A stretch of 64,000 bases of DNA, taken from NCBI GenBank assembly GCA_038087875.1, contig JAXLNO010000438.1, positions 806,001 through 870,000 of the forward strand, read 5' to 3'. The position numbers were made by a program, and so were the translations under genes. Shown here piece after piece: positions 25,500 through 37,160 of this stretch. The notes under the pieces are model-generated. The model did no database searches. It was not told the origin of the DNA and saw only the letters and a program-made list of their open reading frames with translations. Positions within the stretch are counted from its first letter, which is position 1; each line of letters begins with the position of its first letter. Origin of the DNA: Malacoraja senta (taxonomy: Eukaryota).

Positions 25500-26330
25500 C
25501 AGCCTCTCTCCGATTGGCGATCGGCCGATGGTAAAAAAAAATTTAAACTAATTAATTTGACCACCCGGCATCTATAAAAATATGGCCGCTGTGAACATCC
25601 ATCGCCCTAGCCGACGACGTAGCTGCTGCACTAGTGGAAAAAGGATATATACATTTCAGTGTTAATACCTGCCTTAATCAACATTTGCTTTAAACCTCCT
25701 TGAGATAGTCTGCACTGACACTCTCCTGTGTGGCTTCATGTAACTGATAAACAATGCTGTTTCCACATTTCTTAAGGTCTTTATAGCTTCAATATAATGA
25801 AAATAAATGTGCCATTACACATAAACATGGATCAGTAGGTTATGCTGAAGCACAATATTAACAAACCTGTGACACCTGGCCTGCTCTGCTTAAGCAGGAC
25901 GCAATTATATAACATAACATTCTCTTCAGCAACTTCCATCCTGTCGAGCAGAAGTTTTTGCAAAATCTGCACTTGCTATGCTGAACCAATGCCAAGAGCA
26001 TAACCACTTTCATGATTAGTTTGGCAAATTCAGAGACATGACAGGAACCTACTGTCGAAGCATCTTGAGGACCTCACTTACATCCCAGATTGCCACATAC
26101 CTGGGTTTAAGGAGGTTTAGAGTTGAAATTCCTTTCATCAATCCAGCTATGATATGATGAAACTCAATAGGATCTTTCCTGACCCCATCAAAACCATACG
26201 ATGACAAAGCACTTACAGCTGTATTAATGGTGCTATAACTGAGCCCCTCATCATCATAGAGTGTCAACAGGAACTCTAAAATATCCACAATACCTGCAGT
26301 ACTATAGTCAATATTATTTTGTACACAATA
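25500..26330 (-). pseudogene. DIRS tyrosine recombinase remnant
   Basis: ILEFLLTLYDDEGLSYSTINTAVSALS...KPRYVAIWDVSEVL (26049-26288) and a degenerate HSTR-AAATS...AGW catalytic box near 25560-25640. Confidence 0.85.
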
Positions 26331-26439
26331 TTGCTCCCATTTTTTACATAAGTAATATACCCCTTTTCACTACTCTTTCTCCAGGCTACAGTGAGCATGT
26401 CCACCGTTCACCCAGCCAGTCCTTGCTCCAGGTATGGCC

Positions 26440-27465
26440 TTCTTAAAACCTGCAAATTAACAAGTCAATACAATCACATAACAGATGACTTTCCCTTGTT
26501 AGCGGATGCTCCAGTCAATTTCTATGCTTGGGAACCACCAAAAAGAGGTTGGATCCCTAACTGTAACATCAAAGGGAACCATGCTTGATTCGGCCAATTA
26601 GGTATTACAGGCACCCCCAAAGCGGCATCTTGCTTGATTTCTTGCAGACTCCGACCTATTAGGCAAAATGGTAGGAAAATATATTAAAAATACCACCCCA
26701 ATGTAACGTCAAAGTATCAATTGCAACTGCCACCTGGTCTGGTTCCCATGAAACCTATTTAGGCTGCTGATGGTTGAACCTTGATGCAAAACAAATCGAT
26801 ATCTGGCATTCATATACACGTACTATATTATTGAACACCTCCTGGTTCAACTTCCAATCTATGTTGTCATGGAACTTTCGTGACTTGGCGTCTGCTACTA
26901 TGTAGAATCTACCTGGTAGATAAATAGCTGAAATATATTTTTCAATGCACCAGGCCCAAATTTGATTAGCCAATCTGTCACAAAATACCGACTTGATTCC
27001 ACCGATGTGATTAATATATATGCCACTTGCGTAGTATTGTCAATCTGAAACTGAACATGCAGATTACATTTGTTAAAGCAATAAGCCTTATCTTAATAGT
27101 TAATTGCCCATGTCTGCGGAAGCGATGCCTCTTGCTCAGTCCATCTGCCTCCACAGCTGAAACTCGTATCCGTGACACCCCACCCGAGTGCACTGACATT
27201 CATCTGCAAAATTATGGAAGGCTGTTCAAGCATTACCTTGCTATAACTCCTGGACACATGGTGAATCCACCATTGCAAATCAGAAATAGCCTTTACTGAT
27301 AACTGCATAGGTCTATTATAATGACCCGAATGTATCCTTAATGCCTCAATTAGCTTGATACAGCTGTCAATTAGCTCTATCCTTTTTTCCCTGGGCAGAG
27401 TAACTTAATTGAATCAATTGTGACCCAAATAGTCAGGTGTTAATTTGGATTTCTCTAGATGGATC
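26440..27465 (-). pseudogene. DIRS pol remnant (RT C-terminus, RNase H, adenine-methyltransferase-like domain)
   Basis: Frameshifted HLEKSKL, DLQWW, SALGWG, AIYLPG..IVADAKSR, FASRFNHQ and PNWPNQAW motifs. Confidence 0.82.
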
Positions 27466-27729
27466 AGCAATCAGCGACTGAGCAGCAATTTTAGAGGCAA
27501 CGCCCACTGCTTTCCGTCATGCGATCTTCGTGCCTTATCCATTCAGCATGGGATCCCGGCACATAGACATGTTTGGATTCCTGTCTGGAGTTAATCCATA
27601 CTGACCTTAGAAACTCTTTTAGAGTGGGACTAATCGAAGCTGAAGCAGGTATCACCATCCATCTCCTCCATTTGCTTGTACATGCCTCTGTACCAAGCAT
27701 GTTGTTTGACACCATGCCCCACAATCTTA

Positions 27730-28175
27730 TCATATATGTGTGTGGCTCCATCTTCATCCGCTATACATCCACGTGGGAGGACTTATGCAACCTGCAACAG
27801 GAGCTGCCCCAGGCCTGTGTGCATGTATTTTAGCACCATCTCGACCACTACGGAGAACCGAGTGGGAGTAATGGCAACCCTGCTAACAGGTGTTGCTTCA
27901 GGCCCATGTGCATACTCCTGTAGCACTCTCTCGACCACTCCGCCATTTGAGTGGGAGAAATGTTGGCAACCCTTTACTAGGTGTCGCCTCAGAGATGTGT
28001 GCATGTATTTTAGCACTATCTTGACCACTGTGGTGCACCAAGTGGGAGGAATGGCAACCCTGCAAACAGGTGTTGCTTCAGGCACATGTGCATCCTCCTA
28101 TAGCACTCTCTCGACCACTCCGACCCTTGAGTGGGAAGAATTTTGCAACCCTTTACTAGGTGTTGCTGCCTGACA
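27730..28175. repeat. About 90-bp tandem repeat (180-bp higher-order dimer) inside the DIRS
   Basis: GTGCAT-anchored units at 27819, 27908, 27999 and 28088, with alternate units near-identical. Confidence 0.85.
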
Positions 28176-30264
28176 TGCCTTAAGATGGAGCGTTGTTGGA
28201 TTGCAACGAGACGCAATGTTGTCTGACATTGATACCCCAGGCTTGGCACTCACTCTGAGTTGGAGTTATCAGGTCGCTGCCTACAGCAGCTGCCAGGACT
28301 AGCCATGCAAATCGATGCCCTGTTGGTATCCTCCTTCCCCAAACAGGCTGCACGTGTTAGCGACTCCAAATCGTGCTCATTCCCAATGGCAACGCCGTCT
28401 ATAGGGAAGAATTGGAACGCCTCTGGCCCCCGTACATCAGACATAGTGGGCAATACTGGAACAAAACTTAACAGTTATTTGTCATAGGCAAAGACATTTA
28501 TGTGAATGAAGACTCCCATCCCAGTTAAACCTGGGATTTATTTACTTTTAATATGAATAATCCGGCGTCTTGGGGAAGAAAACATGCACAGTCCCTTTAA
28601 TGAGCAGAATTAATATGACGCCACCTGGTGTAACTCCCTCAGGTGACTGATAATATAGCTCAACAAGGCTTCCCATTTCCTTAATTGAGTAAATGATAAT
28701 CATCTGCCTCGGTATGATAGTCACAATGTGACCAAGTGGTAACTATAATGTCTACCCTTTTGAACGCTTCCCAAAATTGGGTTTGTCCTTAATTTGGAGG
28801 GCAGCACTGCTGGGATGCGTGAATAGTAAATTCTCCTTGAAGGCCAGCTTGGACCTAGACCTGAAACCTCCACAGAATTAGCAGAAGATGCTACTGCCAT
28901 AGGCACATAAGGGTGATAAACCATTAATCTCACTTCCTGAGTTGGGGTTGGGGTCAGCCACACACTGACCCCTTGTACTCCTCTCCACTGAGGGAATTGG
29001 TAAGCAGCCCTGAAAACACAGGTGCTGCCGCAATCCCCTGATGACCTGCCCTGATATGGCTCACCATATCAGGATAATATACGTGTGAGGACCCTCCTGG
29101 CCAGGCTCCACATAGTTTAGACTCATATGGGCTGCCAAAGTCGGGGTCCCTGCCTCAATGAGTCATGTAGTAAACCCTCGGGAGTCGCTGACCTTACTGT
29201 CAGCGACTCTAACAAGAAGTCCGACGGCCACCGGCTCCTCACTTTACCGCGGACCGTAGCCAGTATCCCCGCGGTCTAGAGAAACCCCGCGGCCCATATT
29301 TAAAACACATCTCGGGAGTCGCTGACCTGCCTGTCAGCGACTCGAAATAACAAGCCCAACAGCCACCTGCAGTGACCGTAGCTTGCATAACCCGCGGTCG
29401 ACAAAACCCCGCGGCCCGAATTAAACCTCGGGAGTCGCGGACCGTTCTGTCCGTGACTCAACCAGCAAAACCCACCGGCCGCCTGCTACCGCACTCCCGC
29501 GGTCCGAAGCCGGCATCCCCGCGGTCAACAATTTCCCCGCGGTCCATCGGGTTATGCTGAATTCGATATCCAGCAGGAACCTGCGAGAAGAGATTCCTGC
29601 AACGGACAACGTGAAAGGTAAGTTTAAACTTACCTGCAGGATTTTTCAAACTTACCGCTGGAGGACTCTGTTCCTCCCAGCCTGTCTGCGCCAATGCGAC
29701 CGACGTAATGGCGCGCATGCGCCCTGACGGGTCTTCTTCACGTAGTCACTCACGTGACTCCGAAGTAAAATCAATGTTTCGGGTCAATAACCCTCCTGAA
29801 CATTAACGCTACTGTTGTCTCCAAAGAATGCTACCTGATCTGCTAAATATTTTCAGCATTTTCTGGTTTTACTCGAGTTCCTACAACTGCATTTGATTTT
29901 GATTTTGATTTTCAATTAGTGATGCTGGATATTTCCTTGAGTTTATTATCACTTCATAATTGTAATCAATCCACAAATGCTGTGCCTTCTGCTTCCATGT
30001 CATCTATTCCTGGAATACAAACCGGCTTCTTTCTCTTCCATTATTTTTGCAAAACTTCTGCAAGAATATTACATTATTTATAAAATTTACAAATAAATAA
30101 TGCAGTACATTCATGTCACCCTTCTCAACATGCCATATCGTTCCCTTTACATTACTGTGACATCAATGTTCTTTTACCTACATTCCTCAAGTACACAGCC
30201 AGAGGGGTTTACCTCTTCATTGTACAATGACGGTGCTGCCTTAAACTGTGACCTTTCTTCACAG

Positions 30265-30811
30265 AGTGCTAGTGTCGAGTTATCAGTTTAAAACACTATT
30301 ATTCTGAAATGGAGGGCAAGGAAAATTACTGGTGTTGTTTAGAGACTACAGTGCGTTGTGACAGCATATGTAAGAAAGGCCTATGACAGTGTCAAAAATA
30401 TTATACACAAGGTCCATACGAAGCTTTTCAAAAAGGGGGGTGGCATGGTAGGATTACAAAAATGTTATGTGAAATAAATGCTCGCAGCGCATATCATAAG
30501 CGCGAAGCTCAAAGTCCCTTGCGGCCGGGTCCTTTAGCGGGCCCTGGAAGCTCTTGAGTTTTAGATGCTCTCTGGTGCATTCTGAGCCTTATTTTGGAGC
30601 ATTTTTGCAACAAATTTATGACCAATATTTCAGATATAATTTTGGTTGTCAAGAGGAATGAGTGGTTGGAATGGGATGATTGGCATCATTGTCATATACA
30701 TTTTTAAAAATCAAGAAGTCAAGTCAAGTGAGTTTATTGTCATGTATCCCTGATAGGACAATGAAATTCTTGCTTTGCTTCAGCACACAGAACATAGTAG
30801 GCATTTACTAC
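30265..30811 (-). repeat. Inverted duplicate of 37057-37610 (hAT arm plus Rex1 tail junction)
   Basis: Reverse-complement match over about 550 bp with only a few substitutions and small indels. Confidence 0.93.
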
Positions 30812-31009
30812 TTAAGCAGACTTAATAACTAGTCAAATAACTACAAACTTAGAAGCACATATCTGGACAACTTTTTTAACATATTGTTAAATTGAAAATG
30901 AAGCTTGAAGCAGATTCATGAGCTTAAGGAAATGGCCAAAACATTAAAGACGGAATTGAGCTGGTTGTGGCCAGGGATTCAGAGAGAATATGCTGCCATT
31001 TAGTTACTA

Positions 31010-31149
31010 TGTGTAGGAAGGAACTGCAGATGCTAGTTTAAACCGAAGATAGAGTCTGAAGAAGGGTCTCGATCCGAAAAGTCACCTATTCCTTTTCTCC
31101 AGAGATGCTGTCTGACCCGCTGAGTTATTCCAGCTTTTTGTGTCTACCA
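31010..31149. mobile_element. Penelope-derived pLTR with inverted stub
   Basis: CTGAAGAAGGGTCTCGATCCGAAAAGTC core, flanked by imperfect duplication GCCATTTAGTTACTA/GCCATTTAATCACTA. Confidence 0.72.
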
Positions 31150-33530
31150 GCCATTTAATCACTAGCAGGTAACTACTCCAAAACTCATATGACCTGGTGC
31201 CAGATCCAGGACAGGCCTAGTGGTAGGAGCACAATTCGCTCCCCTCAGTTGTTGGGCTGCAAATGGAGCCAGGCTGCAGAAATCAGTCATGCTAGGATTC
31301 CCCACCGTTGTGCCCAGGAATCTTCACCTGAGATTTTACACTAGTCTCATGTAGGATCAGATTCCCCTTTGATTTGAATGGGGATTCCCAATCCGGCAAA
31401 CACAATTATTTATACTTTACATGTTTATTTTATTTTTTTGTTAATTAGTTAACACATTTTATTTACTTTTTTTTTTTTTTTAATGATTTTTAATATTTTA
31501 ATTATCTGAGTATTTTATAGAATTATAAATCTCCTGACAGTGGCATGAATCAACCTCGATTCAATATAACAAATTTTTATATGAAATAAAAAGGCAGACA
31601 CAAGGAAATACAAATGGTGGTTCATAAAAAAGACACCAAGTGCTGGAGTAACTCATCGGGTCAGGCAGCATCTCTGGAGAACACCGATAAGTACAAATTT
31701 TGAAACATTTATCAGAGGGAATTTTAAAGGAAATATCATGCCTTGTTCATGCCAGAGTTGTTAAGCTGCTCTAATAACGGTACACAATTAAGATTTCACA
31801 AAACGTCTGCAATATTTTCAGAGATATTTGTTATGAAAAATGTGTGTAAATACTTCGGCCTACAAAATAATTTGCATTGTGCTCAGCTTTTTCAGCACTA
31901 TGGAACTGAAAATAAATTTAATCCAGGGTAAGTCACATTTGGGACCGTTTCTGGGTCATATCACAGAAAGTGTAACATTTAACCAGCCAAATCTAATCAT
32001 AATCAACCCTTCTGGACCACTGTAGGAGAATTTGGACTACATTTCCTGATATGTACTTCATAGAACACTCCCAAAACATTGTCTAACTCTCACAGAATTG
32101 TCCCGGTGTCAGATGCAGTCAGATGAGAAATTTGTTGAATAGTTATTCCCCCAGCATTGACTGTCATCCTACTACACTGATTACCACATGTCCCCAACTC
32201 CTGCACATCCCCCATCCATGCCTACAATGTTTCTCCAGTTGTGCTTCCACTTCTGGTTCCCGACACTCATTGTAGTCTGCCTCACCTTCCTCATTGTTGG
32301 TCATCATTCTTCTCCCAACTCAACAATTCGAGTAGCCTCCCTCCTCAATGAGGCAGAAATCAGGAGGCAGCTCAATTGTCAGCGAAGCATCACTCCCTGA
32401 CGAGCTCAATGCGTTTTACACACGCTTTGATAGCAAGAACACTGATGTGCCGAGCCCCCATTCGCCGTGATGGTATTTCAGACAGAGTCACAGAGGCCGA
32501 AGTTAGAAGATCCTTCAGGGAGGTGAACCCTCGGAAAGCGCCTGGACCTGATGGTATACCCGGCCGTGTTCTAAAAACCTGGGCGGACCAACTGGCTGGA
32601 GTTTTTACGGACATTTTCAACCTCTCACTTCTGAGGTCTGAGGTTCCCACCTGCTTTAAAAGGGCATCAATAATACCGGTGCCCAAGAAAAGCAAGGTGA
32701 CGTGCCTCAATGACTATCGACCAGTGGCACTAACGTCTGTGGTGATGAAGTGCTTTGAGAGGTTAATTATGGCACTTATCAACTCCTACCACGACAAGAA
32801 CCTCAACCCACTGCAGTTCGCTTACCGCCACAACAGATCAACGGTGGATGCAATCTCACTGGCTCTCCACTCCGCTCTGGACCACTTGGACAACAGAAAC
32901 TCATATGTCAGGCTGTTATTAATTGATTCATTTTTTATTCATATGGCTGTATGGTGACCCAAATTTCACTGTACCAATTGATGCATGTGACAATAAATGT
33001 AAACTTGAACTTAAACTTGGACTACAGCTCGGCGTTTAACACCATCATCCCCTCCAAGCTGGTTACCAAGCTCTCAGATCTGGGTCTCTGCCAGGACCGG
33101 ATTTACATATAAGCTTCACAAGCTTAAGCTTAGGGCCTCGAGATGTAGGGGTGCCTCGGCAGGGCCAGATTTACCTATAGGCTTCATAGGCTGAAGCCTA
33201 GGGCCTCAAAATCCATGGGACCTCCGGCCAAAGTGTTCTTTTCCCCAGAGTAAAAAAAATCCAGAGAAAAAAAAAATTGGAGCGCTATCAGCGTTTCTAC
33301 TTTGACGGAAATTACCCGAAATTCTGGTTCCGGCCCGTTGGAAGGTTTGGGGGGAAATAATTGCGACCATCCGCGCCTGCGCAGTTGGGGGAAGCCGGTG
33401 ACGCAGTAGCGACGCAAAATGACGCTGTCTCTCCGCGCGTGCACAGTAGGCCCAGGCAAGTTCAGATCTCCATTTGCACTCCACATAAACACCTCGATGC
33501 CTCGTGTCTACCAAAGATGCTTGGTGTCTA

Positions 33531-34768
33531 TCAATCAATCAATCAATCAATCAAAGACTTTATTGTCATTCAAAAATACATCAACAAATGCAAATCTGAA
33601 TGAAATTTCGTTGCATCTGGCTCACCGTGCAACATAAAATAACAAAAAGATAAAATAGATAAAAAGATAAAGTAGATAAAACGATAAAATAGATAATAGT
33701 GGTGGCACATTATATGGAATTCAAGAGTCTGATGGCTCGGGGGATGAAGCTGTTGAAAAACCTGGCCGTTCTGCTCCTTATACTGCGATACCTTTTGCCC
33801 GAGGGCAGCAGAGTGAACAGTCCGTGATGGAGATGTGTGGGGTCTTTTATAATGCTGTTGGCCTTGGACAAGCAATGTTTGCACGCAATGTCCCGGATTG
33901 AAGGAAGAGAAGTCCCGATGATTTTTTCAGCCGTCCTCACCGCTCTCTGCACGGATTTCCAGTCGGAAGCTTTGCAGTCCCCAAACCAGACAGAGATGCA
34001 GCTGGTCAAAATGCTCTCTATGGTGCCCCTGTAGAAAGTGGTGAGGACGGGATGGGGGAGGTGAGCTCTTCTCATCCGGCGCAGAAAGTGCAAACGCTGC
34101 TGCGCTCTCTTAACCAGTGATGTGATGTTTCGTGACCAGGTCAGACTGTTCGTGATCTGCACCCCCAGGAACTTAGTGCTACTGACCAACTCCACATCAA
34201 TGTCATTAATGTGTAGTGGTGTATGACTGTGCCGGTTTCTCCTGAAGTCAACGATGACCTCCTTTGTTTTGTCAACATTCAGGATCAGATTGTTCACCTC
34301 CTCCCTGTAAGCCAGTTCATTGTCGTCCCGGATAAGGCCCACCACTGTTGTGTCATCTGCGTACTTCATGATGTGGTTTGTACTAAACCTGGCACAACAG
34401 TCGTGGGTCATCAGGGTAAACAGCAGTGGACTCAGGAAGCAGCCCTGAGGGGAACCGGTGCTCAGAGAGATGATGTTGGAGGTGTTCTTTCCAACCCGCA
34501 TTGAGTGGGATCTGTCAGTGAGGAAGTCCAGTAGCCAGTTACATAAGGGGGTGCTGAGGCCCAATGAATCCAATTTGCTTACCAAGTGCTAAGGGATGAG
34601 TGTATTGAATGCTGAACTAAAGTCCACGAACAGCATTCGCACATATGTGTTCTTCTCCTCTAGATGTTCCAGCCTCAGGTGGAGTACGGAGGATATGGCG
34701 TCCTGTGTGGAGCGGTTTGGCACGTAAGCAAACTGGGATGCGTCAAGTGTGGAGGGGAGTCTGGAGGT
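33531..34768 (-). mobile_element. Rex1/Babar LINE, 5'-truncated
   Basis: ORF 33710..34585 with [16 protein letters not shown] and [10 protein letters not shown]. (ATTG)n tail at 33531-33552. Confidence 0.92.
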
Positions 34769-35389
34769 ACTCCAGGTAAGTAGTGGAATATTGCGTTGCG
34801 GGAGTGCCCGTTTCTCCGGGCCGGGGGGGGGTCTGCGGCGCGGACTCGGAGCCTCGCTGCGTGGGAGGGAGAGAGAGGGGGAGGGAGGGAGGGAGAGAGA
34901 GGGGGGATGTGAGAGAGGGAAAGTGGGGTTGAGACAGAGGGAGGGAGAGAGAGAAAGGGGGAGAGAGGGGAAGGGGGGAGGGGGAGAGAGAGATGGGGAG
35001 GGAGAGAGAGGTGGAGGGGGAAGGAGGAGGGTAGAGAGGGAAAGGGGGATTATCATTAGTGACATTGCAAAATTAAGGTAGGTTTTAGAGCAATTATATT
35101 TTCTCCTCCATATGAATAATATCAAACTGCTTTCTTTTCTTTGATAACAATACTGAAAAATATGTATTCCACAGTTTGCAACTTTCATTTTGCATCATAT
35201 TTTTAATGTGCACACACTAACACAGTCGAACAGTAACAGGCAATCAAATCAACACACAAAACATGTTTTAAAACAAGGTTTTATTTACTGCAAAAACTTA
35301 CAGTATTTTATTTGCAGTGTTTACATGCTCTTTTATAACATTTTATATAACATTTTACAGTACGATTTGATTATTAAAACAAGGACAGC

Positions 35390-37160
35390 TTCAAGAGACA
35401 GATGTTCGGCGGCTGTGGCAGGGCCTGAATGCAATCACCTCTTACAAGGCGAAATCAGGAGGCAGCTCGAATGTTGGCAAAACATCATTCCCTGATGAGC
35501 TCAATGCATTTTACGCACGCTTTGATAGGGAGAACACTGATGTGCCTTGCCGAGCCCCCATTCGCTGTGATGGTATTTCAGTCTCAGTCACAGAGGCTGA
35601 CGTCAGGAAATCCTTCAGAGGGGTGAACCCTCGAAAAGCGCCTGGACCTGATGGTATACCTGGTCGTGTTCTAAAAACCTGTGCGGACCAACTGGCTGGA
35701 GTTTTTACGGACATTTTCAACCTCTCACTTCTGAGGTCTGAGGTTCCCACCTGCTTCAAAAGGGCATCAATTATACCAGTGCCCAAGAAGAGTAAGGTGA
35801 CGTGCTTCAATGACTATCGACCTGTGGCACTAACGCCTGTGGTGATGAAGTGCTTTGCGAGGTTGATCATGACACAGATCAACTCCTACCTCGAAAAAAC
35901 ATGGACCCACTGCAGTTCGCTTACCGCCACAACAGATCAACGGTGGATGCGATCTCACTGGCCCTCCACTCCACTCTGGACCACTTGGACAACAAAAACT
36001 CATATGTCAGGCTGTTATTCATCGATTACAGCTCGGCATTTAACACAATCATCCCCTCCAAGCTGGTTACCAAACTCGCAGAACTGGGTCTCTGCACATC
36101 CCTCTGCAATTGGATCCTTGACTTCCTCACTCTCAGGCCACAGTCTGTTCGTATTGGTGAAAATGTGTCAGACTCGATAACAATTAGCACGGGAGCACCT
36201 CAAGGCTGCATGCTCAGCCCCCTGCTGTACTCACTCTATACTCATGACTGCGTAGCCGGACATAGTGCGAACTCCATCATCAAGTTCGCTGAAGACACCA
36301 CTGTTGTGGGACGTATCACTGATGGGGATGAGTCAGAGTATAGAAGAGAGATCGAGCAACTGTCCATATGGTGCCAGCACAATAACCTGGCCCTCAACAC
36401 CAGCAAAACCAAGGAACTGATTGTGGACTTTGGAAGTAGTAGGATGGGGACCCACAGTCCCGTTTATATCAACGGGTCGATGGTTGAAAGGGTCAAGAGC
36501 TTCAAATTCCTGGGCGTGCACATCTCTGAAGATCTTTCCTGGTCCGAGAACACTGATGCCATTATTAAGAAAGCACATCAGCGCCTCTACTTCCTGAGAA
36601 GATTACAGAGAGTCGGTTTGTCAAGGAGGACTCTCTCTAACTTCTACAGGTGCACAGTAGAGAGCATGCTGATGGGTTGCATCGTGGCTTGGTTCGGCAA
36701 CTTGAGCGCCCTGGAGAGGAAACGACTACAAAAAGTAGTAAACACTGCCCAGTCCATCATCGGCTCTGACCTCCCTTCCATCGAGGGGATCTATCACAGT
36801 CGCTGCCTCAAAAAGGCTGGCAGTATCATCAAGGACCCACACCATCCTGGCCACACACTCATCTCCCTACTACCTTCAGGTAGAAGGTACAGGAGCCTGA
36901 AGACTGCAATGACCAGGTTCAGGAACAGCTACTTCCCCACAGCCATCAGGCTATTAAACCTGGCTCGGACATAACACTGAACTTTATTAGCCAATACTGT
37001 TATTTGCACTTTATCAGTATATTGATTCATGTGTGTATATATTTATAGAATGCCTTGTAGTCAATGCCTACTATGTTCTGTTGTGCTGAAGCAAAGCAAG
37101 AATTTCATTGTCCTATCAGGGACACATGACAATAAACTCACTTGACTTGACTTGACTTCT
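35390..37160 (+). mobile_element. Rex1/Babar LINE, 5'-truncated, one frameshift
   Basis: ORFs 35542..36180 and 35850..36974 encode the RT domain to the C-terminus. (CTTGA)n tail at about 37141-37158. Confidence 0.93.

Larger units (their letters stand above)
24962..29770 (-). mobile_element. DIRS1-type tyrosine-recombinase retrotransposon, degenerate but with intact termini
   Basis: Inverted terminal repeats CGTGAAGAAGACCCGTCAGGGCGCATGCGCG (about 25037-25067) and its reverse complement (about 29712-29742). The 5' end is TTTTACTTCGG on the minus strand. ICR, YR, MT, RH and RT remnants are present. No TSD. Confidence 0.93.

Noticed and set aside
29175..29545. CRISPR-like palindromic repeats with spacers
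   Set aside because: The spacers are homologous to each other and lie inside a DIRS element; reported as a hairpin array instead.
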